Below are positions 12,993 through 27,416 of a DNA stretch of 64,000 nt, piece after piece. The number at the start of each line of letters is the position of its first letter. The stretch's first letter is position 1. This DNA is from Tubiluchus corallicola (lineage: Eukaryota; Animalia; Priapulida), in assembly GCA_030141605.1 (NCBI GenBank), contig JAQGDQ010000461.1, forward strand, positions 117,962 to 181,961. The letters run 5' to 3'. The notes below the pieces were generated by a model. That model worked only from the letters and a program-made list of their open reading frames with translations. It was not told the origin of the DNA and searched no databases. The translations under genes and the position numbers were made by a program.

Positions 12993-15900
12993 TGTCTTTC
13001 TTTTAACTCTCTTTCTCTCTCCCCCTCTTTCTCTCTAAGAGAGGGGGGGGGAGAGAAAAATCAATAAATCAATGAAAAATGCATTACTTCTTTACATAGC
13101 AGGCAGCCCATCACGCAGTCAGCTAGCCTCTTTCCTCAGGAAAAACAATAAAATTTTACTTACAAGAAAACTGAACAGGCATTTGCAAGTACATATTACA
13201 AACTTATTGCTACAATTTTTTTCCTTTTCATGAAATGTTTTCAGTTTTTTTAAACTAATAATTGTTTTTAATTGAGATATACTTCTTTTATTAAAAACGC
13301 AAAAGTGATTTTGGCTTATCAAAATTGCACGTATGCCAACACTACTGGTGAACTTAATAATATTATTATTACAGTCAATGCGGCGCTCCAAATTTTTCAC
13401 TGAATGGCCGTTTGATGCCGCCAGCATAGCCGCTAATCGCAAAAAGGAAATACGTAACATTAGGCGGCTTTCGTCCTTCCTCTTTATACACTTTGATGTG
13501 AGTTTGTTTAGAAAATCTTCGACAAATATTTCTTATTTCGAACATTAACAGTTTGATTCAACTTGATTTTATTTGCTAAAATGCCCTACAGTCACGTCAT
13601 GTCAAAGATAATTATGTACGTAAGCAAATCACACAAAGGCTCGGGATATTAATTGAACTGTTAATATACTCCATTGTAAAAGGCGGTCTATTGCTTAACA
13701 AACTGGTAAATGAAGGCAGCTGTTGTGACTTGTGATGATGATTATGATTAAACAATGATTATGAGCTTTTGGTTTCTCTGAAGCATTATCAATCGAGAAA
13801 ATTAGCCAATTTTGCCATATGTTAACTGATAGAGCAGGTATTTTGTGTGGCGACTTTGATATTCCAAGCATTTCGAGGGAATTCCCACTCCCTTCGTCAG
13901 CCTTAGAGTAGTTTTTTATACCCTTGATGATCATTTTGTTGTTTCAACTGGTCACTTTGCCTACAAGCAATGCTAATGTGCTTGATTTAGCTTTATATAT
14001 AATTGCCCAGAACGTGCTTTGGTAACTGAATTCCAAAGAGTTTTCTAACACTGATCACAATATCACCGTGTTGTTGTAGATGTTACTGTTGTGATGAAGG
14101 AATCTTAAACCTGAAACTGGTAAATCCAGCAATCCACATTATGGTTTTTGGTTAGTTGACTGGAAATCAGTGCGACAATATTTTAATTCTCTGACTGATT
14201 ACATAATATTTAACAACCTGTCAATGAGCGTTGGTGTGTATTCGAAAGTTGTTATTGTTAGGCAATTATTGATAATTTTGTCCCTGCCAGAACTCTTACT
14301 AGGAAATTAAAATTTTCATAAATGAATAATGGCAACTCCATATGTACCAGGTTCTTGAATTACGCTGCTTGTAAGTTCGAATAACCTAGATTGTCAAAAC
14401 CTTATTCCATTCTTAGTAATGTAACTATCTGACATATGTGAGCTACTGAAAAATACTCTAGATGTTCCTTCGTACACATCTGTGGCGAATGCAGCATAGG
14501 AGCATGGGCTAAGCACAAGATCGCTAATTCAAATCCAAGTACAATTCTCAATTTTGAATTTTTCAACGTCTCTTTTCATAAACAAATCAGCCATTACGTT
14601 AATTGTCGTTCAAAACAAGTTATTAAATTTATTAACTACAAATTACAAACGGTTCAGATTATAATACAGAATAATAAAATAAAAATGTCTGGCAATGAGA
14701 AATATAATATAATTAAATAACTATAGTTATCATAGAAGTGATTAGTTTTAATACTGGACAGCACAACCAATATAATTCTGATGAACATATGTACATTGAA
14801 TTCCCTGACTAACATTATTACACTTATAAATTAAAGATATTTTCCTGAGTATTAATTCTGGAAAGCACTGTTCGTTTGAGCATTTTCATGCGAATAAATA
14901 ATTAGAAAGAATAATTCATAATAATAAGCATTCAAAGAGAAATTAACAAAGAATAATGGTTAATCTGTGTACTGACAAAGGTTGTCTAACAAAGCAATGA
15001 ACACATAGGCAAGAATGATTTTCTATAGATGCTTATAAAATTTTTCATTGATCTCAAAAGCTGGAGGGTTACAATTGAAATGGCATGAGCTTTTTCATAT
15101 GGACCACTAGTAAAAAGCAGAATAATTCAAGCTAGAATTTTCACAAGTATTAATCACCAGAAAATTTCTTTGGTGAAGCAATATCCTAACTTTCAATAAA
15201 AAAAATTTGAAAGTTTGCGTAATATCAATTACTGGCAAAAACATATTTACGAGCATTTTATCTAACTACATTCACCAGTTATTACAAAGCATTATTGGTA
15301 CAAAAATCTTCATGATTAACAAATACTAGAAAAACATGATTGATATCACCATTTTCAATGAATTAATCGGTTATTTGACTTGGCATTTCCCTAAATACTT
15401 AAGTTTAACATCTGCTCCTTAAATATCCGTTTATTGGAAAGTATAGGCTGCACAAGTATTGAAGAGCACGTATAAGTATTTAGAAATATTAATTGCAGTT
15501 TTTATAAAGCACTAACACATAAGTACTACGACAATTAACAGCATGCTAATCAGTATCTAGGATGTGTTTATTAAAACACTAAGCTACAAGCATGCAATTA
15601 GTAAAGCAACATATTAGCTAATTTTGCAAGTACAAACTACATTGCAGTTCTTAGTAAATCAAACATACATATAAATTGCAACAATTAGTGGTGCCCAGTG
15701 TAGTAAAAATTATACCCTGTGAAACCTAATTTCTTATTTAACAATGAATTTTGATTTCACTCAAGACACTACTTGTTGTGCCGACATCTTATAAAAAGTT
15801 ATGGATCAAACACCTTCACTGACTGACATAATTTATTGCTGTGTTTGTTAGCTACATTTGGGTTAGTAACAAAATAAAAGATTGTGATTCCAATAATTCC

Positions 15901-16294
15901 ATTAGCATTTACACTATTGGAAAGACAACGTAAGGTTAGCATAAGAAATAAAATGAGAAGCACTAGAAAATAAAATGCAAACTGAAGTTTAACATTAAAA
16001 TGTTAAGTTTGAGTTTAACGTTATTGATTTTTCAGTCAGATATAGCTGAAAGCCATCCCAGTATACTATTTCTTATCATACTGATCATACTACAAAACTT
16101 ATTGCATCATCAGATGAAATGATAAACTAAGAGCTCATCTACTTGAAACAGGGAATGTGGCATGTTTTAAGCACAGTCGGTTAAAACTTCTAATACAATT
16201 GCTCACACAGAATCATCATCTTATACACATAACCTTGTAGAGAATTTCACTAAATAATTCACTAGTAGAATTTTAGAAATTACACTATTATTCC

Positions 16295-19200
16295 CTACTG
16301 CTGCTCATGTTTATAACAGTATTGTGTACCTGGCATAGCATATAGCTTGCAGGCTGTGCCAGCTCGTGTTGTAGCACCACATGGGGAGCGATAATAACTG
16401 ACCGGCATTGACATTCGACTGTGGTTTGATCTTAGGCTTTTTCTTCTGTCCACTAATGTCCTAGCAGGTGAAAAAAGTAAAATAACAATTAAAAATGTTC
16501 AAGAAATTCAATTTTTCACATTCTATTTTTAAATATAGCTAACATAGCTTAAAATACTACAATACTTGATGGAAATCATAACTATCAGACCAGTAACGGA
16601 ACTTATATTAAATGACAGAACTACTTCCTTCATACTTAATACAGCTTTTACAGATGATGTACTTCCATTTAATGTCAAAGGATTTTAAATGCATTCGGCA
16701 TAAAATAATCCATCATGATAGCAAAAAGTGATAATTGTGAAAGAGCAAAAGAAAGAGGACGAAAAAAATCGGATTTATCTGAGCTTAGGGATCCACATCA
16801 CAATTCTCATCCTTACAGAACCCAAGAATCAGTCCCGCCTATACATTTTACATAAGCAATGTTTATTAATTAAGAAACTGATTCTCTTCTTATTAAATTT
16901 CTCCCCAAACAAACCAAAAACTACAAGCAGTGAAACATACCAGCTAGTGGATCTGTTACTAATGGTGCTGGCATCTGGTAATACATGATCCAGTTTTTCA
17001 AACAGATCGCGCTTTATTTCTTCAACTGCTTTTTGAGGTGTGCTACACAAGTTGGACTGATCCAAATGTCCCACAAAGCTTGTCATACTGGGTTTAGGGC
17101 TTGCGTTCTATAAAAATGGAAGATTACTGAAGTTATTTATTAGGTTAATAATTTTAACAAAAATATGTTTAGTACAAAAGGAAAACCATAATGAATATAC
17201 AGATATCATTGCTATGCAATAGCAATATGTTTCTGAGTTTACAGTCTCTAAAGACAATCTATATTTCTTATTCAACAGAAAATGAAAAACTCATTTTTGC
17301 ATATTTTCTTGATTTTTAGATTAATGCTGGCATTAGTCAGTGGCACAACATGTTTTTTAAACAATCACCTCAAACAGGGTTAATAGCCAGTTAGCCACTC
17401 TAGCAATAATGCTACACCCGTTGGTGTATGTATTCAGCTAGTTAATTGGGTCAAAACACTTTCGTCCCAAAGTGAGTCTATAAAGCGGGGTCTACCGTAT
17501 TAGAGTGCCTAACTGTTTAATTGGAGCAAGAAAAAATAAAATAAATAAATCATATTAATCAATAAACTTCTTTAAAGTAATTTTACATAATTGCAAAATT
17601 AACAATTATCCTGTAATTACATTGTGCATACCGATACTGACGTATAAAGTTTCGTGGATACTACGTTTGTAGTTGATGTTTCTGTCACAGAACCATGCTT
17701 GACAGCAGTAGTTGGTGGTTTGCCTGCAAATGACACGCTCATATCTAAAACACCTGGCGGTAAAAAAAACTCCTTGAAACTTTTATTAAACATATAATTA
17801 TATTTTTATTATCAAGTAATGCGGCAATAGCGGAGTCATTGTAAGTTCCCAGTTACCATATCAGTTTTATCTGTAAAAAGTTTCTAATTTGGATGACAAA
17901 ATATACATACAGTAAATTGCATATAACTCAAAATCGCGTAACTCAAATTTTCGCCTAACTCAAATAAAAATTATGGTCCATTTAATCAAAATACATGTAA
18001 TTTACTTTGCCTAACTCAAAAATGCATTCACTGTCTCTGTCTAACACTTATTACTGTCTCAGTCTGAAACTCGACTGTTATCTGGACTTGCTGCAGATGA
18101 AGATAACTGAATACCTGACGAACAGTGTGTAAATAATTGAACTAAGCACAAACTGAATAGCAGTATGTATGACATTGGTAGCCCCACTGTCATATTGTCT
18201 AACAGTGTTGTGTGCATAAACATAAAAAATTCGTTATTCTTTATGTAATTGACATCAAATCTCGTCATTTATGTATAGAAAAAGGTTGACTATCTGCCTT
18301 CTATTTAGCTCGCCATCAGGAGGAGGGGTTTAGAGTTTATGTGCTGGAAAACGGTCAACATCGCCCAATTCAAAATATTGTCTAACTAGAGTTTTTTTTT
18401 CGGTGCAGTCGGATTTGAGTCATGCGGAGTTTATTGGATTAGTTAATTAGTGCATATTTATTGCTACAAGATGTCATCTTTCAATCACTAAGCAGGACAA
18501 GTAAGAATATTAGTACTTAAAATATTAATGTATCAGTAGCTAACATATTAGCGTATTAGTACTTAATACATTAATACATTAACATATTAGTAGTTAACAT
18601 ATTAACTTATTAGTAGTTAAGATATTAACATATTGGTAGTTAACCAGTTGCAGATAAAATGAGAAATTATTTTGTCGTTACAAACAGAAAGCATTTATAC
18701 ATCTGCACACACCACTACAGATTAAAGTTTCCTCGGGTTTAAAATAATAGGACTAGCAAAGCTAATAAGATTGTCTAAAATATGTTATTTCTTACTTACA
18801 GAATTTTTGAAATACAGAAAATCTAAAACTCTGTCAGAAGAACAAAACTGTTTAAGCTTTTAAATTAAAATGACTCATTTTATCTTTAAAAATATCAGTA
18901 AATAATACATACCACTTAACACACTTGAATTGAACAACTCTTTTGAGGCATTGAGGTCATTTTGCCTACAGAAATTAATTGACTATAACACCTTATTCAC
19001 AGCAAGCATTTAAAAGAAGAAAGTGATACAAACTACAGATACACTCTATTATACAGAGATTTGCCATTTCACCTAATCACTGTTAGCTGCAAGAAGAAAC
19101 AAAAATGTAACGCTATAGATAAATTCCCACATTCAAATTCTGCCTAAAACTATAACTGTCATTGCTTAGGACTATGTGTCATTACACACTTTTCCAAGTA

Positions 19201-22200
19201 AACCACTTTGACTGCTAAAATAACTTGTTGCTTGATTAGTCGACTTACAAACTCACTCTGCATTCTGCGAGACATAAGACTTCAACAGGTGATAGCCCTG
19301 CTATATTTAAAAGTCACAAGTATAAATAAACTTATTTATAATGCTGTAATTATGACAATATTTCTTTTTAATGTGTTTTTTATATTGCTTTCAAGTCCTT
19401 ATCGTCAGAAATCGAAAATCAACGAAGTTCTTGAAAAAATTTGTCATGACACTATTACCATGAATCATATTCCTGTCATTTAATGGTCCTCAGAACTGTC
19501 AATAATGACAACACTAGACATTAAGATAAATGTTCTTTACTCAAAATCATATGTTCTTCCTCGTGGTTTTATCAGTTTTATTTCTTCCTTTTGGTTTCTT
19601 CTGCATAGTTGGGGCAGTTATTTCCTGACACCCACATACATAATTACATTTCAAACAATTTATAAAAAAGATCTTATGAAAGAGACACAAGAAATCGACA
19701 GAAAGCAGGTACTAAATATTAAAATGAAAGAAGCTGATTTCTAGGGCACCTGAGATGCCAGAAAACACAAAACAGTCACTACAAAAATAACAATTCGCAT
19801 ATGTCCTACTGTCAACTAAACTGTTCTTTCAGGTAAATAAGAATAATAATCATTGCGATTTTTAGACAGATAACTTGAACAGGTACTTACAAATCTGTCT
19901 TAGCATGTTCCTTCAAAGCGGGCAAAGGAGAGCTAACTGTATTCCTGTTTTTCTGAACATGAGACTGATCAGTAGTCTTAAAAAACTTTTGACGGAAACA
20001 ATAATCTGTGAATTGTAGCATAAATATAGCCATCCAGTTAGCTGCAATAACGAAAAAGTCACAACAATCTATATTTGAAAAGCAACTAACAACTAAAGAG
20101 TGCCAGTTGAATTATAGCAAAAACAAAAAATATCAAGAACAAAAACAGAAAATGAAGAAAATTGTTTTGCATATATTATTCTTCATGCAGGACAAAATAC
20201 CAAAAAACCTAGCAAAAACATAAAACCATTAATCTGAACTTCATAAATGTACGCAAATACAACTGCTGAATATAACAGCAACAAAAAACTGAAAGACAGT
20301 TCTAGTACACTTCTAATCTTATAGGCTTTTACTAAGTAAATAAAAGTCTAATTATGATGAATTCAGAGTAGAAGTGCTTAGTATAGATCTAGAGCCAAGT
20401 TTCCATTTACGAGGTGCAGAACCTTGAAACACATTGGCAGCCATGTCCTGATCCTATGTTACATGACTAATGTACAATGCTCTTCGTAAACTACCTAGAT
20501 GTCTTGCATCACCAATGCAATTAAAACCAAATTCGCCCATCAGGTCAGAGAGAACATAGAAAGCAGGACGTTAATAACACATTAGCTAGCGCAGAATTTC
20601 CCAATCTACTGCTGAGTAAAGCTATACTCTATGACTAGAAAATGTTGTCTTTGGTTGTCCCCACATTTGCAGTCAGTGTTGTTCCGACAGAACAGTTGCC
20701 GATTTTTGTGAAAAATGCAGGATCGGTATCAGTTTATACTAGGAAAATGAAAAAATCGGTATCAGTTCGGATCGTTTTTTCAGGTTTGGAACAACGCTGT
20801 TCTACGGACTTCAAAAACTACATTTTGATTAATGAATATGCATTATCATTTTCAAAAAACTAAAATACATCATTGAGCAATATTTACTTACTCAGCACTG
20901 TGAGGATAATAAACAGTGTCATGGCCGTAAAACTGAGACTGGTCTTCTGTTTGATCTCTGATATCACGTTGAGTGCAATAAGTAACAGCAAAACGACACG
21001 GGAGAAAGCCGGGGTATTGAGGAGAGAAGCCGCCACAGTAACCAGAAAAAAGTATCCCATGTGCAGAGCACATATCATTAGCACTTTTACACTTTCATCT
21101 GGAAAATCGGCAGCAGTTCAACAATCATAAAACGTTAAACAATTCTAACGATGATAAGACCAGCTAGAATAGTATTCACAACTGTAGAACAAATGTTCAA
21201 AGCAAGTTCTTAACTGGGCAAAAATCCGTTCCAGTGTAAATAAGCACATTCAATGTGAAACTTCAAAGTGCATGCTTACAATGCATACTTGCTATCCAAG
21301 CTAAGGAATAGATGGATGACAATTACTCATTCTGTGTAGTTCTGATAACTGTTCTATTCATTCTACTGTCCTATTACTTTTACACACCCGAATTTAACTA
21401 GAATGCTTCTACGAGTTCACAATTTCTTCTTAAAAGTTATCCTTGATAATGAACTACTTTCCATACACAACTATCCACCTTTCCACTTTAAGCATCATCA
21501 TTGAGTGCTGGATTCTGTCTCACAGTGTACCGAACCACTTATATAAAAAACAGAGCATCACACTGTGTGTATCTAATGTCGAATGTATTAAGTATCTGTA
21601 AAGTTAACCTTAAATAAAGGTGATTATTACTGTTAAATATTATGATTGTACCAGTGTTTCCAGCGATGTCCAGTAACCAACCCAGTCTCGCATCCAGTCC
21701 GCGTTTAATACTATCCACAATGCTCAACAAATAGTTTACTGTGTCGTTAACCTTCTGAAGATTGTGCAAGGTTTCACGATAGTGATCTGTGGCTTCGTTG
21801 TGATAGGTAGCAATGTGACGAGTACTTTCATCTGAAATGAAAAGTATTATTTAACAATTTTTAACTACTAATAGCAAACTAAAAAATGTGAATGTGTTCA
21901 CGGAAGTAGTTCGTTCAAAGCATTTACCATCAAGCAATATTAATGTTAATGTGCCACAACTGTTTTGTTACACCATGCAAATTTAGCTAAACAATGTTTA
22001 AAAAAATAGCAATGACATTTTGGAAGTACTTTCATGCTGAAAATTTTGGAACAATCACCAAATCATCACATCTGAGCATTAAAAATCAGAAATGATAAAG
22101 AGATGCAACCTTTAAATTTCTCTTTAATTGCGTACATCTGAGTGCTCTTACGCCAATACACAGTTGTTTACTATTTCCAACAATACCATAATGCCAGCAA

Positions 22201-25200
22201 AGTTAAAGTTTACTAACGGTCATGTTTATACATGGTACCAATAGTTGCCAAACAACACCAAGTATACAATCGTACTAGGGGCACGTTCCTATACCAAAAT
22301 ATGGCTATTAAGAAGACAGCAATGAGTTACCTGTACTTTTTCTCTAATACGACCGCTAACAGTACAATTAATTTTGAGATTAGCAAAAAAATTATTAGTG
22401 GTTTTAAGAAAAAGTACTTAAGTGACACACCTTATGCATATTATTAAAACATAATGGGGATGCTACAACTAAAGAAAAGAATGTGATAGAAACTTGATCC
22501 TTTTCAGTTAGAAAAAGCATTTAACATTTAAAAATCATGTGCAAACCAATTTTATTCCAGACTTCTTTAGCCTTTTCTCGTATTGTTGCCAAATCCTCCA
22601 ACACCTCATCATGATTCTGCTTCCTCGTCATTTCTTGATTAAATATTTCTTCTGTGGTGGTATCTATAGAAAAATAAAAAATAAACACATCTATGCACTT
22701 TAATGAAAAAAAACCTTTTGCTATCAATTTTTGCTAGATTCATACGTAACACTAGACAGGCCTGTTAATGCCAACTACTGCAGGAGATCCAAAATATAAA
22801 GCAGTAAAGCTACATCATTTGACCACTGACAGCTTTAGAAAATGGTGTATAATAATTCATATGAGTACCAAGTTTCCGTTTAATGTCATCAGTCATTTCT
22901 GCCAACTGTTTGTGTCCTGACGCAATCAGAGATTTTTCTTCTACTAATTCATGCAGGTTTCTGCTTACCTATCACATTTAAAAAAATGTTTTGTTTAAAG
23001 AAAAAATTTTCTTTATTACATTCAAATGCTAGGAAATTATCTATGGCCAATCTGATCAGTCTCATAATACAGATTATGAGTTAGCAAAATTATCAATAAA
23101 TTACTTTACACTTAAATAAATTGTATAAAACAGAAATGTTTTGCACAACATGAGTTTACTGAAGTAACAACTGAAGTATTTTAGACAATTCAAATGAAGC
23201 AAAACCAACACTAATTTAGGATACATTAAACATCTGATACATGTATAATAAAATCAGAACATGTCAACGTGATAATTATTACATTATAATAAGAACTTGT
23301 AAAAACATGTAGAAATGTATGACATGCCAATCACCAATAGTTACTTATTGCACATATCAAAACAGCAGCTGTACTAGCTTGTTGTACCTGGAAATGAAGA
23401 TGATTCTGAGATGAGTAAAGCGATTGTTGCTGGTTTAACAGTTTTTCATGCCCGTCAGATAAACCTTCCATAACAGAAGCAACTGTTTTGGCCACTCGGT
23501 CTTGGCCTTCCTGTAATTGCATATTCAAACATTCATTTAAATTACATTCACTGTAAAGCACAAATTTTATACGTTCTAAGTCATTTATTTCACAAACACA
23601 TTTATAGTAATTTTATGTATAAAAATATAGTGAGTGTCTACAATGAACATAATACATGTTATTCTTTACTGTTTCTGTACAAGAAAAGCTTCGCACTATG
23701 TTTGCCTATATATGACTGTAAATGTGCCGCGGGCAAGTTTGTTAAGCTACTTAAGCTAACAAGTTAAAATTGTTGCATACATAACTTAATAAGATTATTA
23801 ATTGCTATTGGAATGAACCAACAATTTATAAAAAATTTTAATCCAAACGTAGCTGAAAGAAGAAAATGTTCACAAATTGAAAATGAGTTGTGACATGAAC
23901 TAGGTACATTTATGTTACAATTACTCATTAGTAAACAATAGCAACTTATTTCAGTCAGGTCTGAAAAAAAAATCATAAAGTGCAGAAAAAATAGAAGCAA
24001 GTGCAAACAGCAGTGCTACACCCTAAAGCCAGAACAAAAAACAAAAGGATTGTAATCTTGATAAAGACAATCAATGTATCTATATTTTATGAAAATTGTG
24101 TAGTTACTTTTCAACTTGAATGAAAATTAATGTATAAAACTGTAAGCAACAAAAATCGTATATTTTATATAGGCCAAGTATTATTGACTTTTTTGCCTGT
24201 GAAGTTACTTTCCTAAACAGTAGGTTTTGCCAGAACGCATCAGCAACTGAGAATTTTCTATACCTGCAATGAATACATGGCACCCAGTTGTTGTTTTACA
24301 GTATCAGCAAGTTTGTTTACTGTGTACTCCGTCTTCACTCGAAATTGCTGTTGCCGGACTGAATAACAGACAGCTCTGGCACGATTACTCACAATGTGGT
24401 AAGCATTCCACGTGTCGGGATCCATATTTTGCGTGCATTCTTGAATTGTCTAAAAATCAAAAAAGAAAAATTTATCAAAAACAATCTGGCAAATATCTAA
24501 GAAAAACGACAAAGTGTATTAAACATTTAAGCTGCTGTAGTAAGCACTAAAACATTGTACAGCTAATAAACACAAAAGGACAGTTAAGAAAAGACACTTA
24601 ACCATATCGGCTGTGCAAGGGTAGATGGTGCGACCTTCTGAATACGACTGGCAATTAAGTAAGGCTACGCCCAATTTTGCCAAATCATCTTCCGACATAT
24701 CTGTGCAAGAAGATTTCACCTTAAGAATAACCTGAAAAAAATTATAAGACATCAAATCTATAAGCAGATAAGACGGACAAACATTGATACTTACTGATAA
24801 ACATGTACAAGTTTATTCATTCGAAATTAGTGTCAACATATGGGACAAGAAGTCAAAAACGTACAATAAAAGAGAACGGTAAAAACCACAATCACTGTAC
24901 ACTTATAGCTTACTTAAAATTATAATTACATATTACGTTTTCCTTACCTAATTTTCACACTTTTATTGCTACCACTACACTTTTCTCAGCTACATTATTA
25001 GGTCTACTGTATTCTTCACAGAAACACACATATTACCATTATTACTTCTACTAAGTAAAGGGAATGTGTAGATGACCAAATGGCCGTTCACTCTCCTCAC
25101 ACTACTTGAATTCTTTTTATTTAAAATTTTATTGATGTACTGTATTACTATGATGTGTAAAACTAAAATAAATTTCATAGTTCATGGTGATACTACACAC

Positions 25201-26019
25201 ACGCGACAGCACTGCCTGTCTGGATGTAGAAAATCCAAAGCAATTTGCTTTACATCATTGTCCATTTTATATCAGCTTTCCCAAAAATGGTCTGCACGCT
25301 TGATTTACCATTTAATCTTGAACAAATTCATATTCTCATTACTATTTCACTTCACTAATTTTGTATAATTATCTATTTATTTCCATTTCATCATGTCATC
25401 AACTTTCACCCATTATCATTAAATTCTCATCCTCACTTGCCTGTTCACATTATACCTTTCATTTTTTTATTCAAATATATATAGGCCTATTACTCGAAAT
25501 TTCGCAGTCGGGGTATTTTTACAAGGTTAGCTTCTTTAACGCCCCCATGCCTTGCAACACAAATCATTTAAGTGTGTGCCTAATCACTTTTTTTCAAAAT
25601 TTGCTTCTTATTGGGTATCTTACTGTTTGTTAACAGTTGAATTATTGAAACCTTTTTTATTCTTTTAATGTATTAATTTTGTATTTGTCTTGATGCGAAA
25701 TAAATTTGTGTTGATCTTGAAAATCTTTGTCATTATAAAGTGCTTCAAACATTAAATTTTCATTTGGTTTTACCTTATGGTTACAAGAATCTAACTCAGA
25801 TAATTGCAGGGCATTTTGCGTAGTTGCAATAAAATTATTGTCGTCACTTGTCATTTCAAAGGGAACAACAGCAGAAAGATCTGATGTAGGTTGCGATTTG
25901 GAAGGTGATACGTTTTCATGTGCTTTTCCATTATGAAAATCAAAAATCCAAGAAAACAGTCCACATTCAACACACGCCATACATGTAATGACATATAACA
26001 GTGAACTTATTAACAGCAT
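16295..26019 (-). CDS. bmb: Protein brambleberry-like (GEX1/KAR5/Bmb nuclear-envelope fusion protein), ~636 aa
   Basis: 13 phase-consistent GT-AG exons: 25774-26019, 24603-24731, 24264-24449, 23388-23510, 22869-22968, 22547-22663, 21652-21831, 20892-21098, 19891-20005, 18913-18965, 17632-17753, 16941-17107, 16295-16460. Signal peptide MLLISSLLYVITCMACVECGLFSWIF; Cys-rich domain SCTDMSEDDLAKLGVALLNCQSYSEGRTIYPC...ECTQNMDPDTWNAYHIVSNRARAVCY; coiled coils; hydrophobic TM exon 20892-21098; Ser/Thr-rich tail ending in a CCCH motif. Confidence 0.9.
17910..18436. mobile_element. Degenerate Tc1/pogo(Tigger)-like MITE in bmb intron
   Basis: TA|CAGTAAATTGCATATAACTCAAA with subterminal TAACTCAAA repeats; degenerate right end TTTGAGTCATGCGGAGTTTATTG. 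A related fragment lies near 56990-57020. Confidence 0.55.
20674..20799. mobile_element. Short hAT-like TIR remnant
   Basis: CAGTGTTGTTCC ... GGAACAACGCTG with internal ATCGG repeats; no intact TSD. Confidence 0.4.
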
Positions 26020-26186
26020 GATAAATATTGCAAAAAATGCAAACTGATTGATTGGCAAAAACAGAAATTAAGATCTGCTCATGGTTAAAATTCCCTGCAC
26101 GGCAGCAATAAGGCTACACTTCAAAACAGCAAGGGCCGGGCTACAGTAGAGCCCTCTGTTTTCAATAAATCCACTAAGTAAACTCT

Positions 26187-27416
26187 TGTAGGGAACCGAG
26201 TAATCCACTAGCCCAAGTAGGACGCGGCGTACGTAGCCCATGGGCTGCCCAAGTAGGACACTAGAGACAGGTCGTGAATTGAGGCGTTAAGTGTACTGAC
26301 ACCGTCCGTTGTGCTTGTTCATGTAATAATAATAACTAAACGTTAGTACACGTTGAATAATTTATTATATATCTAATAAAATAAAAGAATTTTATTCTGA
26401 GCTGGTAGAACGGACAATATTAAATTTTGTTTCGATATTAATGTTGTTAAAGTGAAAAAAATCACTTTTTTGCGAATTCAACATTTGTTTAAGGTATATC
26501 ATTTTTGATTTTATCTCACTTCACAAACAGCTGATCCGTTTCAGTACCTCTTGGGCAAATAATTGTTTTCTTATAAGCAAACGTTCTAGCGATCTATGTG
26601 TCCTACATGGGCTAGCGAGCCAAGTAGGACAGTGCCCTACGTGTTACAATACTACTGATAATATTAAAACTAATTATCCTTGCTTTTCTTAAATGTTAAA
26701 AATTACTTTTTGGTGTTGTGAGGGCTTAGCAGCATCTGTCTCATTTTTAAATTTGCAATTATTTCTGCAATAACTGTGTGCAGAGTTTCTCTCTTTAAAG
26801 CATTAGATACTAGGTTTAATGTTATGATGATATTAATGGAGCTAATCATAATGATGAAATTATTGTAAGAAATGCATTTGTAAGTTGCCAAGGAATATCC
26901 ATTTCTAAAAGAAATTTTGTTTTATGTTTTATTATGTCATAATAATACTTATAAATAACGGTAATATAAACTGGAAACAAGTTTTATCAGAGCCTCTCTG
27001 CCTACTAGCTGTGACAGCCACGTAGTTACCGCCGAGCACCACGAGGAGGTCGAGAGGTTGGACTTAATTAGCTCAGCAAAAATTTTTTTGATGGCTACCT
27101 TGTCTTTGAAGCGATCAGTTTATGCCCACTCATACACACACACAGTGATTGCTATTTCAGTTCAAAATCAATTTTCGAACTGCATGCTGAGTTAAACACC
27201 TGGTCAAGCAAGTTTTCATGACGCCAAACTGACGACAACTCAACCAACAAGCACAATTTTTAATAAAATGAAGAAACTTTCACAGAATTTTCAAAAATTT
27301 GACAAAATTACCGATTCTCGACAAAAATCGCTAGTGTCCTACTTGGGCTGCCCATGTAACGCATGGTTTTACCGGAAGTGGTCTACTTGGGCTAGTGGGT
27401 TACTCGGCTCCCTACA
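26187..27416. mobile_element. TGT...ACA MITE family A, copy 3 (longest uninterrupted copy, 1.23 kb)
   Basis: TIR TGTAGGGAACCGAGTAATCCACTAGCCCAAGTAG ... CTACTTGGGCTAGTGGGTTACTCGGCTCCCTACA; TSD degenerate; retains an internal segment (~26945-27260) missing from the other copies. Confidence 0.88.

Noticed and set aside
19255-19300. Extra bmb cassette exon
   Set aside because: Has AG/GT boundaries but cannot be inserted in phase without a stop; 19891-20005 joins 18913-18965 cleanly.
26068-26082. Upstream ATG as bmb start
   Set aside because: Reads MSRS-stop; at most a tiny uORF. The ATG at 26019 gives a proper signal peptide.
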